Assembly: GCF_048593235.1 (NCBI RefSeq)
Contig: NC_133619.1
Coordinates: 591,535,963 to 591,599,962 of the forward strand
Origin: Sminthopsis crassicaudata
Lineage: Eukaryota
DNA: 64,000 nt
Direction: 5' to 3'
A program made the translations under genes and the position numbers. This document shows positions 1-10,780 of the stretch, one piece after another. The notes beneath the pieces are model-generated. The model did no database searches. It was not told the DNA's origin and saw nothing but the letters and a program-made list of their open reading frames with translations. How positions within the stretch are numbered: position 1 is the stretch's first letter; each line of letters starts with the position of its first letter.

Positions 1-31
1 AGCAGTGAGTATATGCTGAATCTCCCTGACC

Positions 32-36
<5 letters not shown>

Positions 37-98
<62 letters not shown>

Positions 99-100
99 TG
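37..100. repeat. (TG)n microsatellite
   Basis: Near-uninterrupted TG run of about 30 units, seen directly. Confidence 0.98.
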
Positions 101-109
101 TAGAGTGGG

Positions 110-560
110 GATGGAGAGATGAGAGAAGACATTAGTAGCAACTGAGATGCTGGAGAAGAAATGAGATATCATCTGGAGAAAACTAGGTTTCCCCAAGTAC
201 AAAAAGATAGAAAAATCATAGGAGGAAGAGATGTTGGATGGAGAGAAGTTGGTTAATTTTGGAGTGCCTTCTAGAGTGAATAATGGCTGTAAATGGGGCA
301 GAACAATGATTATGAGGATCAAAGTGGTTTAGGGAAGAGAATGGAGGAGAAAAGCTTGTGATGACTCTGATCACTAGGAGTGCAGGAACAGGAAGGAGGA
401 GTTCACTAACAGTTGGGCAAAGGAAATAGCCATTGATTATCATGTTCAGTTGATTGGAGAAAGGGATGGAAAAGTCAATGGTAATGGAGAATGGAAAGGT
501 CACATACTGATGATGGCCACTAGACTTGGGCAGCATATGACAAGGACAGTCCTTTCACTC
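110..560 (-). mobile_element. Degenerate L2 LINE fragment
   Basis: Purine-rich on + with L2-like minus-strand remnants (e.g. HQYVTFP in ORF 216..536). Family assignment by recall, boundaries approximate. Confidence 0.5.
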
Positions 561-1200
561 CTTTGTTTCTACCTCAGTCCTTGTGAAGATGCAGTTCTGG
601 GATTAGGATGGTTGACAGCAATGGCAGCTAGAAAGAAAATCTGCAGAGCAATGTTTTCCTTCTTTGTTCCAGTGAGAAGTATCATGGGGTAGCCTCAAAA
701 TCATGAGAATCTGGATTCAAATTCTGCTTCAGGAACAAACTGTCTGTGTGATCTTAAACACACAGTGGTAATTCACTCACTTGTAAGTGTTTGAGGAAAA
801 TCTCTATGATAGTTAAGTTGCAGAGAAGGTACTATTGGTAGTAGAAGTTTCCTCACCTGGGAGTTCCCATATCAATGCAATCAGAGATTCTGTCCCTTCT
901 ATATCCACATGAGAATCTGAGATCAGGACCCAGATTGGAGCAATGGTGTCTACAGTGGCAGTGATACCTTCTCTCATTGCCTGATCAGAGCCACCATCAT
1001 CCTAGGTCACATAAAAAGGGAGGGCTACGTAGCTGTTTATTTCATAGAAGGATTGTTTCCCCCTTTTGTAAAGTGAAGGGGAATGGTGGTTGGATTAGAT
1101 TATCTCCCAAGTCCTATTGAGCTCTCACATTCTTCATCAATGCCCCCAAATACCTTTTATTACTGACATTTTATAGTTTTGATTTTTTTAAAGGTCATCC

Positions 1201-1345
1201 TTGCTCTGCATTCTGTATTCTAAGGTCCCTTCTAGCTCTGGTTTTCTTTCTTTGGTTTCCAGGTCCCTTCCAATTCCAGGATTTCATATTTGGAGACACA
1301 TTCTAGCCTAGACATTCTATGTTTTTGACAACCTAAAATCTAAGC
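1201..1345 (+). repeat. Degenerate tandem array of L3/MIR3-tail units (ctctgacattctatgttctaaggtcccttccag-like)
   Basis: Recurrent aggtcccttc(t/c)a, cattctgtattcta and gacattctatg motifs. Confidence 0.6.
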
Positions 1346-1559
1346 CCCTGAGGCTCTTGGGGGATTGTAAGATTATTATAAACTAGGAGGATGTTGTAGG
1401 GTTCCTTCTAAGATTTTGGGAAGAGCTGCAGTGGGAGAAGTGAAACCATTCCACAGGAGGCTCATGGAAGGGTCCCTTAGAGGGAGTGATTGTGGATTGG
1501 AAAGCTCTAGCCAAGAGTGGGAACTCCCCTTGGGTTCAGGAAGCTGGACTATTAGTTTT

Positions 1560-1860
1560 CTCAAAAAGTTGAGAATGTAATGGATTGCACTTTGTTATAG
1601 ACCCAACGGCTGCAAATCATTTTGGAAATTAGTTTTCTATGGAAAAATCAATATACTAATTAACTTGGTGGCCTCACTAACGAGTTTAAGCACAATAAGG
1701 CCTCTGGAAAATATCGGGGCATTTTGCAACTGCCTTAAATTCCACCTTGGGAAACAGGCTGACTGATCTTGAAGTTAGACTAGGTTGAGGAGGGGGAGGT
1801 GTGATTCCCTTATAAATGTTTCAAATGAGTAAAAGAATCTTTAGATCAGTTTTCCAAGAC
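1560..1860. promoter_or_regulatory. Candidate enhancer (ONECUT + LIM-homeodomain + SOX motifs)
   Basis: Unique sequence with AAAAATCAATA (1643-1653) immediately next to CTAATTAA (1656-1663), an upstream CTTTGTT and several TGGAAA. Motif evidence only. Confidence 0.3.
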
Positions 1861-1974
1861 CATGAAAGGAGATTTTTGTGTCTTAGTAGATAGTCTTGAT
1901 CTATTCCTAGGTCTATGCTGACTCTGGTTGGGACAATATAATTGTCCTAGATACCTAGAATGCCAGGTATCTTA

Positions 1975-2200
1975 AATCATAGAATACAGAATGTATGACT
2001 GGAAGGAACCTTAGAACATAGAATGACAGAGTCAGAAGGAGCCTTAGAGATTTTCTAATATAACTACTTCATTTGACAGATGGAACAACTGAGTCCCAGA
2101 GAGGGATATCAAACATACCATAATGTTTCTGGTATAGACCGGACTTGAACCAAACTCTCCCTACTCCAGATTATTCTATTGCACCATATAAAAGCCTGTT
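1975..2200 (-). mobile_element. L3/MIR3-tail tandem units followed by a MIR fragment
   Basis: Two gaagga(a/g)ccttaga units, then the MIR core ttgacagatggaacaactgagtcccagagag. Confidence 0.65.
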
Positions 2201-2383
2201 TAATTTTTGGTTTTTGTATGTCTTAGTGTCCCTAGCTACAAGATGGGCAGAGAGCCTAATGCTTTCTCCTGTCTTTGTTAAGAGAGGTTTAGTTACTTAC
2301 AAAACCAGAGAAACACAGACCTTGGAGGGGCCTTAGAGACCATCTGGTCCAACCCCCCTCATTTTAGAGATGAGGAGAGACAA

Positions 2384-2940
2384 GTGGTGATTAATGGATT
2401 GATGTCAACTTGGAGGGAGGTTTCAAGTGGCAGCTGCAGGGATACAGGCCTCTGTCTTCAGCTCTGCTTTGCGTGACATTTTTATCAACGATTTGGATGA
2501 GAGCATAAGTGGCAAGCTTATTTTGTTTGTGGATGACATGAGGCTGAGGGGGATAGGAATATGTTGGGAGACAGAACCAAGATGATTCTAACAGACTAGA
2601 AAGTTGAACTGGACCTAATAGGAGAGAACATAGTGGGGATAAATGTAAAGTTTTGTACTTAGGTTCAAAAAATAAACTGCACATACACAGGATTAATGAG
2701 ACATGGGCTATATGAAAAGGATCTAAGGTTTTTGGAGGATATAAACCTAAATATGAACCAAAAATATGATGTAATAGTCACCAAAACAATTTGCATTGAG
2801 AGAAACCTAGAGGGAAGGAATTTACCATTCTATATATTATTCTCTGCCTTAGCCAGAGAACCCATCTGCATTTCGGTGTACACTTTGGGACATCACATTT
2901 TAGGAAAAGGACATTGACAGTTTAGAGAATGTTTCAGAAG
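2384..2940 (+). mobile_element. L3/CR1 LINE, degenerate reverse-transcriptase region
   Basis: Translates to VVINGLMSTWREVSSG...IFINDLDESISGKLILFVDD, matching the CR1 RT motifs WREV.SGVPQG and FINDLD..KFADD. Confidence 0.88.
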
Positions 2941-3034
2941 AATCTGTTGCCTTGTCTTTTGTGATATTACTTTCTTTTGGCCTCTCCTTTTAGGTAGGGT
3001 CAAAAGAAGGGTGGAAAAAACCTTAGAATTAGAG

Positions 3035-3036
<2 letters not shown>

Positions 3037-3090
<54 letters not shown>
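3037..3090. repeat. (GT)n microsatellite
   Basis: About 27 perfect GT units, located at the end of the adjacent hAT element. Confidence 0.98.
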
Positions 3091-3094
<4 letters not shown>

Positions 3095-3290
3095 GTTTAA
3101 CAACCAGTTCTCAGAAAAAAGAAGTCCCCATGAGATACTTTTCAGTTTAATCTTCATTATTAACATTTTCTCTGTTACATAAGTCTAGATAATTAATCAA
3201 AAGATTAAATCCCAATTTATAATGTCTGCTGATTTCTGAGAGTGCTTATGGTAAAAATTTAGCAATCAAATCTTGTGAATTCACAAGCTG
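3085..3290 (+). mobile_element. MER63-like hAT DNA transposon remnant
   Basis: Begins gtaaatgtttaacaaccagttctc, like the MER63 terminus as I recall it. AT-rich internal part; no clear TSD. Confidence 0.55.
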
Positions 3291-3499
3291 AGGTCCTTTG
3301 AGTCCAGAACCTTAATTTTATACATGACTAAGTGATTTATGGAGGACCATAAAACTTTTTGCTAACTGAGGCAGTATTTGAACTCAGATCTTTGAGATTT
3401 CAAAGGCAACACTGTCAACTGTGACACCCAAATACCTAGCTGTCTGTCTCTTTCTTTTCAGTCTTTATTGTTCACTTTCTAGATCAAGTGGTCATTTCC

Positions 3500-4300
3500 C
3501 AGGGCTCTTTTTGGGTCTTTTACTTTTCTCTCTCTTTAAACTTTCTTAGAGATTTCATCTATTCCCATTCAAATATCGCCTTCATGCAGATGATTTCCCA
3601 CATTGGTATATCCAATTCTTATATCTCTCCTGAATTCTAGTATATCCCCTTCTGGATATCTCATAGTATCTCAAACTCAACATGGAATTATATTCTCAAA
3701 CTCTACACCAGCAATTTGCACTTCCTCTAAACTTATGCACTTCTGCTGGACATTACCAACTTCCCCATCATCTGGGTCCATAACCCCACAGCCATGCTTG
3801 ACTTGGAGTTCTATCACTTTCAATGGCCAATCTGATATTGTCTTGTTGACTCATTTGAGTCAATTCAATGACCTCACCTATAAAATGGGAGAGTTGGACT
3901 TGATGACCTCCAGTGTTCCCTTCACTTCTAAATGTATGATCCTATGGTTCTATAATTCTATATCCACATCACATCTGTCTTTTTCCCTCTACAAATATGG
4001 CCTCTGCCATAATTCAAGCCCTAATCCTGTCTTAGCTGGACTATTGAAATGGCCCCCCAATTGTTCTCCCTCATTCCAATTCTTTCCACTTTCAATCTAT
4101 ACTTCATATACTAGTCACCATTTTCCTAAGGCACAGGTCCATTCCCCTGTTCAATATCTCTCGGTGGTTCTTCATTTTCCATATTATATGGAAAAAACAA
4201 AAGAAAACAACAACAACAACAACAAAAACTCCTTAGCCTGGGATATAAGGCCCTCCAAAATATGGCTCTTTTCTACCTTTTTAGAATTAATAATCAGGTT
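3500..4300 (+). mobile_element. L2 LINE RT/3' region interrupted by a MIR fragment (about 3870-3955)
   Basis: catgcagatgat (3583-3594) gives HADD in a KYRLHADD context, equivalent to the L2 YHLYADD motif, followed by typical L2 3' sequence. Confidence 0.8.
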
Positions 4301-4314
4301 TTGTTGATACTATC

Positions 4315-4788
4315 AGTCTCTCCAGGCCTTTCTGAAATCATCCTGTTGGTCATTTCTTACAGAACAATAATATTCCATAATATTCATATGCCACAATTTA
4401 TTCAGCCATTCTCCAATTGATAGGCACCCACTCAGGTTCCAGTTTCTGGCCACTACAAAGAGGGCTGTCTCAAACATTTTGGCACGTACAGGTCCCTTTC
4501 CCCTCTTTAGTATTTCTTTGGGATATAAGTCCAGTAGTAGTACTGCTGGATCAAAGGGTATGCACAGTTTGATAACTTTTTGGGCATAGTTCCAAATTGC
4601 TCTCCAGAATGGCTGGATGTGTTCACAATTCCACCAACAATGTATCAGTGTCCCTGTTTTCCCACATCCCCTCCAACATTCTGCATTATCTTTCTCTGTC
4701 ATTCTAGCCAATCTGACAGGTGTGTAGTGGTATCTCAGAGTTGTCTTAATTTGCATTTCTCTTATTAATAATGATTTGGAGCATCTTT
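4315..4788 (-). mobile_element. L1 ORF2 C-terminal fragment (intact frame, no tail, no TSD)
   Basis: ORF 4313..4819 reads CSKSLLIREMQIKTTLRYHYTPVRLA...CWRGCGKTGTLIHCWW...WLNKLWHMNIMEYY: the L1 ORF2p cysteine-rich and C-terminal region. Confidence 0.97.
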
Positions 4789-4853
4789 GAGGAAAGGTAC
4801 TTTTAATAAGAGGCATCAAGAAAGGCTTCTGAGCTCTTCAGTCATGACATTTA

Positions 4854-5030
4854 GGATGGTACTAGAGAATCTAGAGAAATAATGGAAATGTTACCATCAA
4901 CCAAGACCCTCATTTCAAAGAGCTACATGGTTTCTCCCATCCACCCATATCTCCATCAGCACACTGGAGCTGGAATGCCAGCTAGCCTCTGAACTCTGCT
5001 ACCATGGCCAGCAACTATATCCCAAACCCT
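4854..5030 (+). repeat. Left arm of a ~175-bp inverted repeat of unrecognised sequence
   Basis: Reverse complement of 5851-6023: 43/51 identical for 4871-4921 vs 5954-6004, and 65/78 for 4953-5030 vs 5851-5929. Confidence 0.92.
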
Positions 5031-5099
5031 CGTAATCTTTTAGGTTAGACTAGATACTTTATAACATTCCTCATGTTTATTAAACAAACTATGTTACAG

Positions 5100-5320
5100 T
5101 AAATAATCAGGAGAAACTGAATTCAAATCCTGATTTTGATGCTTGTTATTTATATGATGATGGGTGAGTCAATTAACTTCTCCGAGTCTCTTATCCATAC
5201 TTAAACATAAAACAAGAACTCTATAGTATAGTTATTGTGAAGGTCAAATGAAACTTTATGTAGTGCTTTGTAAAACAGTATGATATTAATGTCAGTTATT
5301 ATTGGGATTATGAATAACTG
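5100..5320 (+). mobile_element. MIR SINE
   Basis: gaattcaaatcctgatttt...gagtcaattaacttctccgagtctc...ttgtgaaggtcaaatga MIR core and tail. Confidence 0.7.
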
Positions 5321-5569
5321 CAAAAGTCTAGGAAATAAGGAAAAGAATTCCTTTTCTGCCAAATTCATAAGACTATTTTCAGAATCAGATGAGATAATAG
5401 ATGTAAAATGCTTCGTAATGTTAATATACTATTTTTTTAAAAGCATTTTTTAAAAATCATAGTTTCCTCTGGTTTCTTTCCATCACTGGGTCTGGTGTTC
5501 CCATTCTTCAGAATACCTTATCTATGCTTAGGTCCCTCTAACCTACCCCACTCAGCATACTAGCATGGC

Positions 5570-5750
5570 TTATTGATAGCTTTGGATTTGAAGCCAGAGG
5601 TTAGATTAGAATCCTAGCTTTGGTGTTTGCTAACCAATGTGACTTGAGGCAAATCAATTCTTTCTGGGTCTCAGTTTCCTGTTCTATAAAATAAAGGTAT
5701 TGGACTATATGGTATCTAAGATTCTTCCAGTTCTTAAAGCCTTTGGTTCT
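5570..5750 (+). mobile_element. MIR/MIR3 SINE
   Basis: gaatcctagctttgg...tgtgacttgaggcaaatc...tctcagtttcctgttctataaaat...ttggactatatggtatctaag. Confidence 0.8.
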
Positions 5751-5850
5751 ATGACTCTTCCTACCAAGCTCTTACTTCCCTCAGATATAGGATGTAGTTC
5801 CTTGGAAAGGGTGAGAGCATGGCTATGGAGCTTGAGGCAGCAAAAAGAGC

Positions 5851-6023
5851 AGGGGATTGGAATGTAATCACTAGCCATTGTGGCAGAGCTCAAAGGCTAG
5901 CTGGCATTCCAGTTTCAGTGTGCTGATGGTAGGTATGGGGAGGAGCTGTATATTCTTTGAGATGAGCGTCCTGGCTAATGACAACATCTCCATTATTTCT
6001 CTAGGTTCCCTGGTGCCTCTTGG
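5851..6023 (-). repeat. Right arm of the ~175-bp inverted repeat
   Basis: See left arm; aligned by eye. Confidence 0.92.
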
Positions 6024-6129
6024 ACATTCTGTGTAGCAAGTTCAGGAAAGGCCACAGAATGTGTGTAATGTGTATAAGGTGTGAGAAGCAATCTCATAAT
6101 AGCACCAGCTCCTAGAGATGAAGAGAAAG

Positions 6130-7385
6130 GGAGAAAAGGGCCCATAAGGACTCATAAGAAAACAAAACTATCACTCTTTGCAGATAATATGATGGTATGC
6201 TGAAAGAATCCTAGAGAATCAATTAACAACTTTAGCAAAGTTATAGGATATAAAATAAACCTGTTTAAATCATCAGCATTTCTATATATTATTAACACAG
6301 CTCAGAAAAAAGAGATATAAAGAGAAATTACATTTAAACTAACTGTAGACAATATAAACTATTTTGGAGTCTATGTAGAGAACTTAGTCAAATTTATAAG
6401 AATACAAGTAATTCCCTGATTGAGATGGTCAAAGTATATGAATAGGCTGTTTTCAGATGAAGAAACTATATTTATAGTCATATGAAAAAATGCTTTTAAA
6501 TCCCTAGTGGTTAGAGATATATAAATTAAAATAACTCAGAAGTACTTTCTTACTTTATTAGATTGGCTAATAGGACAGAAAAAGACAATGAAAAAATGTT
6601 GGAAATGTGGGAAATGTGGGAAAAATGCATTCCTGGTGGAGTTATGAACTGATCCAACCATTCTGTAAAGCCATTTGGAACTATGTCCAAAGAGCTATCA
6701 AACTATGCATATCCTTTGATCCAATAGTACTATTATGAGGTTTTGATTCAAATATATCACTAAAAAGGGAAAAGAATCTCCAAGTACAAAAATATTTATA
6801 TCAATTCTTTTTATAGTGGCAAAAATTAGAAATTGAGGGAATGCTCATTAATTGGAGAATGGTTGAACAAATTGTGGTATATGAATGTAATAGAATACTA
6901 TTATGCTATGAAAAATGGTGAGCAGATGAATTCAGAAAAACCTGGAAAGACTTATATGAACTGATACTGAGTCAAGTGAGCAGAACCAGGAGAATATTTT
7001 ACACAGAAACAGCAACACTATGTGATGATTAATTATGATAGGCTTAGCTCTTCTCAGAAATACCATAACACAAGACAATTCTAAAAGACTCTTAATGGAA
7101 AATGCCATCCATATTCAGAGAAAGAACTATGGAGTTTGAAAGCATACTGTTCTCACTTTTTGGTGGCTTTTCTCTTTTATTCTTTTTCTTCTTTCACAAC
7201 ATGACTAATATGAAAATGTGTTTAACATGATTGTTCATGTATAACCTATATCAGATTTCTTGCTGTCTTGGGGAGGGAGATGGAGAGAGAAAAAAATTGA
7301 AAATCAAAATCTTATAAAAAATGGATATTGAAAACTATATTTACATGTAATTAGAAACAATGAAATACTATTTATTTTTTAAAAG
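6130..7385 (+). mobile_element. Older L1 fragment (RT end, internal deletions, ORF2 C-terminus, 3' UTR)
   Basis: ctatcactctttgcagataatatgatgg (LSLFADNM), then degenerate ORF2 C-terminus and a marsupial L1 3' UTR ending in an A-rich tract. Confidence 0.93.
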
Positions 7386-7394
7386 AGAAGTACC

Positions 7395-8540
7395 ATTAGC
7401 CCTTGCAAAACCCTGTGTTCCAATTTCCTCTTTCCTCCACACATTCCCCTGGATGGCATGTAGTCCAATATATGTTAAACATGGTAGAAATATATGTTAA
7501 ACTTAATATATGTACACATATTTATACAATTATTGTGCCACACTAGAAAAAAAAGAGAAGCAAAATAAAACACAAACAAATAATAACAAAAAGTAAAAAT
7601 GCTATGCTGTGAACCACACTCATTTCCCATAGGTTTCTCTCTGGGTGTAGATGGCTCTCTTCTGAACAATTGGAATTGGTTTGAATTATTTCCTTGTTGA
7701 AGAGAGCCATGTCCATCAGACTTGATTATTGTATAATCTTGTTGCCATGTATGATGATCTCCTTGTTCTGCTCATTTCACTTAGCCTTAGTTCATGTAAG
7801 TCTCTCCAGGCCTTTCTGAAATCATCCTTTTGGTTGTTTCTTATAGAACAATAATATTCCATAACATTCATATACCATAATTTATTCAGTCATTTTCCAA
7901 TTGATGGGAGTTTCTTGACACTACATTAATATAAATTTGAATCAATTCTCTATATATTTTAGAAATGAGGCCTTTATCAGAACCTTTCAATGTAAAAATG
8001 TTTTAAACTTTTAAATTTAATATAATCAAAATGATTTATTTTGTGATCAATAATCATCTATAGTTCTTCTTTGGTCATAGATTCTTTCCCCCTCCACAGG
8101 TCTGAGAGGTAAACTATCCTATTTCTTCTAATTTGTTTATAATATCATTATGTCTAGATTATGAACCCATTTTGACCTTATCTTGGTAAATGGTGTTAGA
8201 TGTGGGTCAATGCCTAGTCTCTGCCATAATAGTTTCCAATTTTCCCAGCAGTTTTTGTTGAATAGTGAATTCTTATCCTAAATGCTGGAATCTTTGGGTT
8301 TGTTAAACACTAAATTATTATAGTCAATGACTTGTGAACCTAATCTATTCCACTGATCAACTTCTCTATTTCTTAGCCTGTACCAAATTGTTTTGATGAC
8401 CACTGCTTTATAGTATAGTTTTAGATCTGGTACAGCTAGGCCATCTTCATTTGCTTTTTAAAATTAATACTCTTGAAATTCTTGCTCTTTTGTTTTTCCA
8501 GATGAATTTTGTAGTTATTTTTTGTAGGTCTTTATTTTTC
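7395..8540 (-). mobile_element. L1 3' UTR and ORF2 fragment, tail-to-tail with the preceding L1
   Basis: ttcatgtaagtctctccaggcctttctgaaatcatcc and further antisense L1 ORF2 sequence with internal deletions. Confidence 0.93.
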
Positions 8541-8544
8541 TAGG

Positions 8545-8730
8545 GCTTTTTGTCTGTTTTCTTTTACAGAATGACTTATGTGGAAATGTGTTTTGTATGA
8601 TTAAACATGTATAAACTATGTCAAATTCCTTGCCATTTCAATCTGGGGAATAAGAGAAAGAATTTGTAACTCAGAATCTGAAAAAAAGAGTGCTAATGTA
8701 ACTGGGAAAAATAAAATACTAAATAAGATG
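8545..8730 (+). mobile_element. Old L1 3' terminus
   Basis: gaatgacttatgtggaaatgtgttttgtatgattaaacatgtataaac...gggaaaaataaaata. Confidence 0.7.
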
Positions 8731-9099
8731 TAAGTAAAATAATTTGGTGGTTAGAGTTGGTGAATAGAGAAAAAACTATCAATCAGATTTTGAATTCATC
8801 AATAAAGGGAGAAGAAAGTTCTAGAAGTCAGCAGCTAACAATCATGATCAGGATTGGGTGATAAATTTGGATAATGTGAACCTCAAAAGAGGGAGTGCAG
8901 AAAGTGTGATAGAGGGAGAAACAAATTGTGAATCCCAAATTCTTTTCCTTCCTCCATAGAAAAATAAAGTCAAGAAAAATATGTTTGATCTGTGTTCAGG
9001 TTCTATCAATTATTTTTCTGGAGATGGAAAGCACCTTTCAACTCATACCTCTGCTTTCTGTCTATATGTTTTCTATCTTTCTAACTACTCTAATGAGAA

Positions 9100-9420
9100 A
9101 GTTTTTAGGGATTATAAATTAATTTTTCCATGTAAGAATATAAATGATTTAACCTCATCACATGATCTTGCTATCACCAACATGTGTTCCATTTCTACGT
9201 TCATGAGGTCCAACATTCCTATATCTGATCATAATCTTTTTTTAAATTCCATATTTCTCTCTTCTTTATAGATCTTTATCTCTATCTTCCCCATGGTCTC
9301 CAATTCCTCTCCCCTTTAGTTTTCTATCAAGCCATCACCCCATGTACTGACTGCAGTCTCCTCTCTATATTAAATACTTGGTGAGATCAATTCAACCTAT
9401 ATTCTACACTGAAATCCCTT
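9100..9420 (+). mobile_element. L2 endonuclease-region remnant
   Basis: ORF 8981..9271 contains HDLAITN...NIPISDHNLF, matching the APE endonuclease LDL.IT...SDH motif. Confidence 0.7.
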
Positions 9421-9429
9421 ATTTCCTTG

Positions 9430-9600
9430 TCTTACTGATAATCAGACCACCAATAAGAGGATTGGACTAAGCTTAGCAGTTTTATTGCCCAGACATGTAC
9501 TGAAAGAGATTTGGACAATGTAAAATGCCTGATTAGCAGTCCAGCAAATTGCTTTATGTTCTGATTAAGCTTAAGTATCAGCCTCCCAGAAGTTAGTAAC
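9430..9600. promoter_or_regulatory. Candidate enhancer with a K50-homeodomain (OTX/CRX/PITX-like) motif cluster
   Basis: TAATCAG/CTGATTA at 9435-9445, 9529-9536 and 9561-9568; palindromic CTAAGCTTAG (9467-9476) and TTAAGCTTAA (9565-9574). Motif evidence only. Confidence 0.35.
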
Positions 9601-10379
9601 ATTAGTTATACTTTAAATTATTGAATCAGGTTTTGAGTTTATTTTTGTTAAATGAACCCTTGTGAATACTTATATTTAACATTTCTTTCATATGCAGGAA
9701 AAATGTCTTGTTCCATACCTGATTTAAATCATATGCTGAGTAATTTTTTAAAATAGCCCCTGTCTTTTTAGGGAATGTACAAAGCATGATCCATGAGTAG
9801 AATTATCCCCAAGGGTCCCAGGGTGGGACACTTCAGGAGTCCAAGAGTCTGAAAAAGGGATACTAGCCCCTCTCATTAAAAGCCAAGTTCCCCAGGGTTA
9901 AACCCAATTGCACTTGCACGACTGAATCCAGAACAGAGAAGGGAAGGTGGCTCAGTTCCTTGGTTCCTTAGACTCAAAGTCTGGTTTTATTCCTTCTTGC
10001 ACATATGGAGCATACCAATTGATCTGAGGTCAAAGGACTGAATTTGAGTTTTGGCTCAGCTCCTTGTGGGATGAGGGTGTGGTGGGGGTGTGCAGTGATT
10101 TAATTTCTCCACATTTCAGTTTCCTTTTCTGTATGAGAAATAAAGTGTATACAGAATAAATATAAGGAAGTTATAGCAGCAGGGAAGATGGGGGAATGAA
10201 TGAGTGAAAAAACATTTATTAAGCATCCTCTATGTAAGTTACGTGAGCAAAGTGCTAAGGACACAAATACTGAAGTCATGAAGCTCACATTCTAATTGGG
10301 GAGACAATATGGGGAAAAGAGTGGTACCCGCTCCTCCTCCCACCAGCATCTTCCCTCTGAGATTGCCTCCCATTTATCT

Positions 10380-10520
10380 TTATCTGTCAATCTATCTATC
10401 TTTCTATCTATCTATCTATCTATCTATCCATCCATATACATATAATATACAGATACACAGAAATCTCTGCATTTGCATGTATATATGTATACACACACAC
10501 ACACACACACACACACAATG
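10380..10520. repeat. Compound (TCTA)n / (TA)n / (CA)n microsatellite
   Basis: Seen directly. Confidence 0.92.
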
Positions 10521-10780
10521 TCTATGTCTATAACTCTATGTGTCTATAAAGTAAGAGGATCAGACTATAAATCAAATCAACAAGCATTTAGTGACTGCCA
10601 CATACCAGGTGCTAGGCCAAGCACTGGGGGTCCAAACAAAAGCAAAAACATTTCCTGCCTTCAAGGAACCTATATTCTAGTGGAGAAGACATCATGCAAG
10701 TTGTTTAGCTATTTATCTATCTGTCTGTCTAGATTTACACACACATATATATCTCTATATTTATCTTAAGACTCAGTTTT

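Noticed and set aside
3603-4307. 234-aa ORF
   Set aside because: Runs across decayed L2 and MIR sequence from a non-ATG start; a chance open frame with no recognisable domain.
4313-4819. 168-aa ORF as a host gene
   Set aside because: It is L1 ORF2p C-terminal sequence; the ORF start lies in unrelated flank.
4311-7385. Both outward-facing L1s plus the inverted arms as one twin-primed or single inversion event
   Set aside because: The two L1 pieces differ clearly in divergence and covered region and share no TSD, so they look independent.
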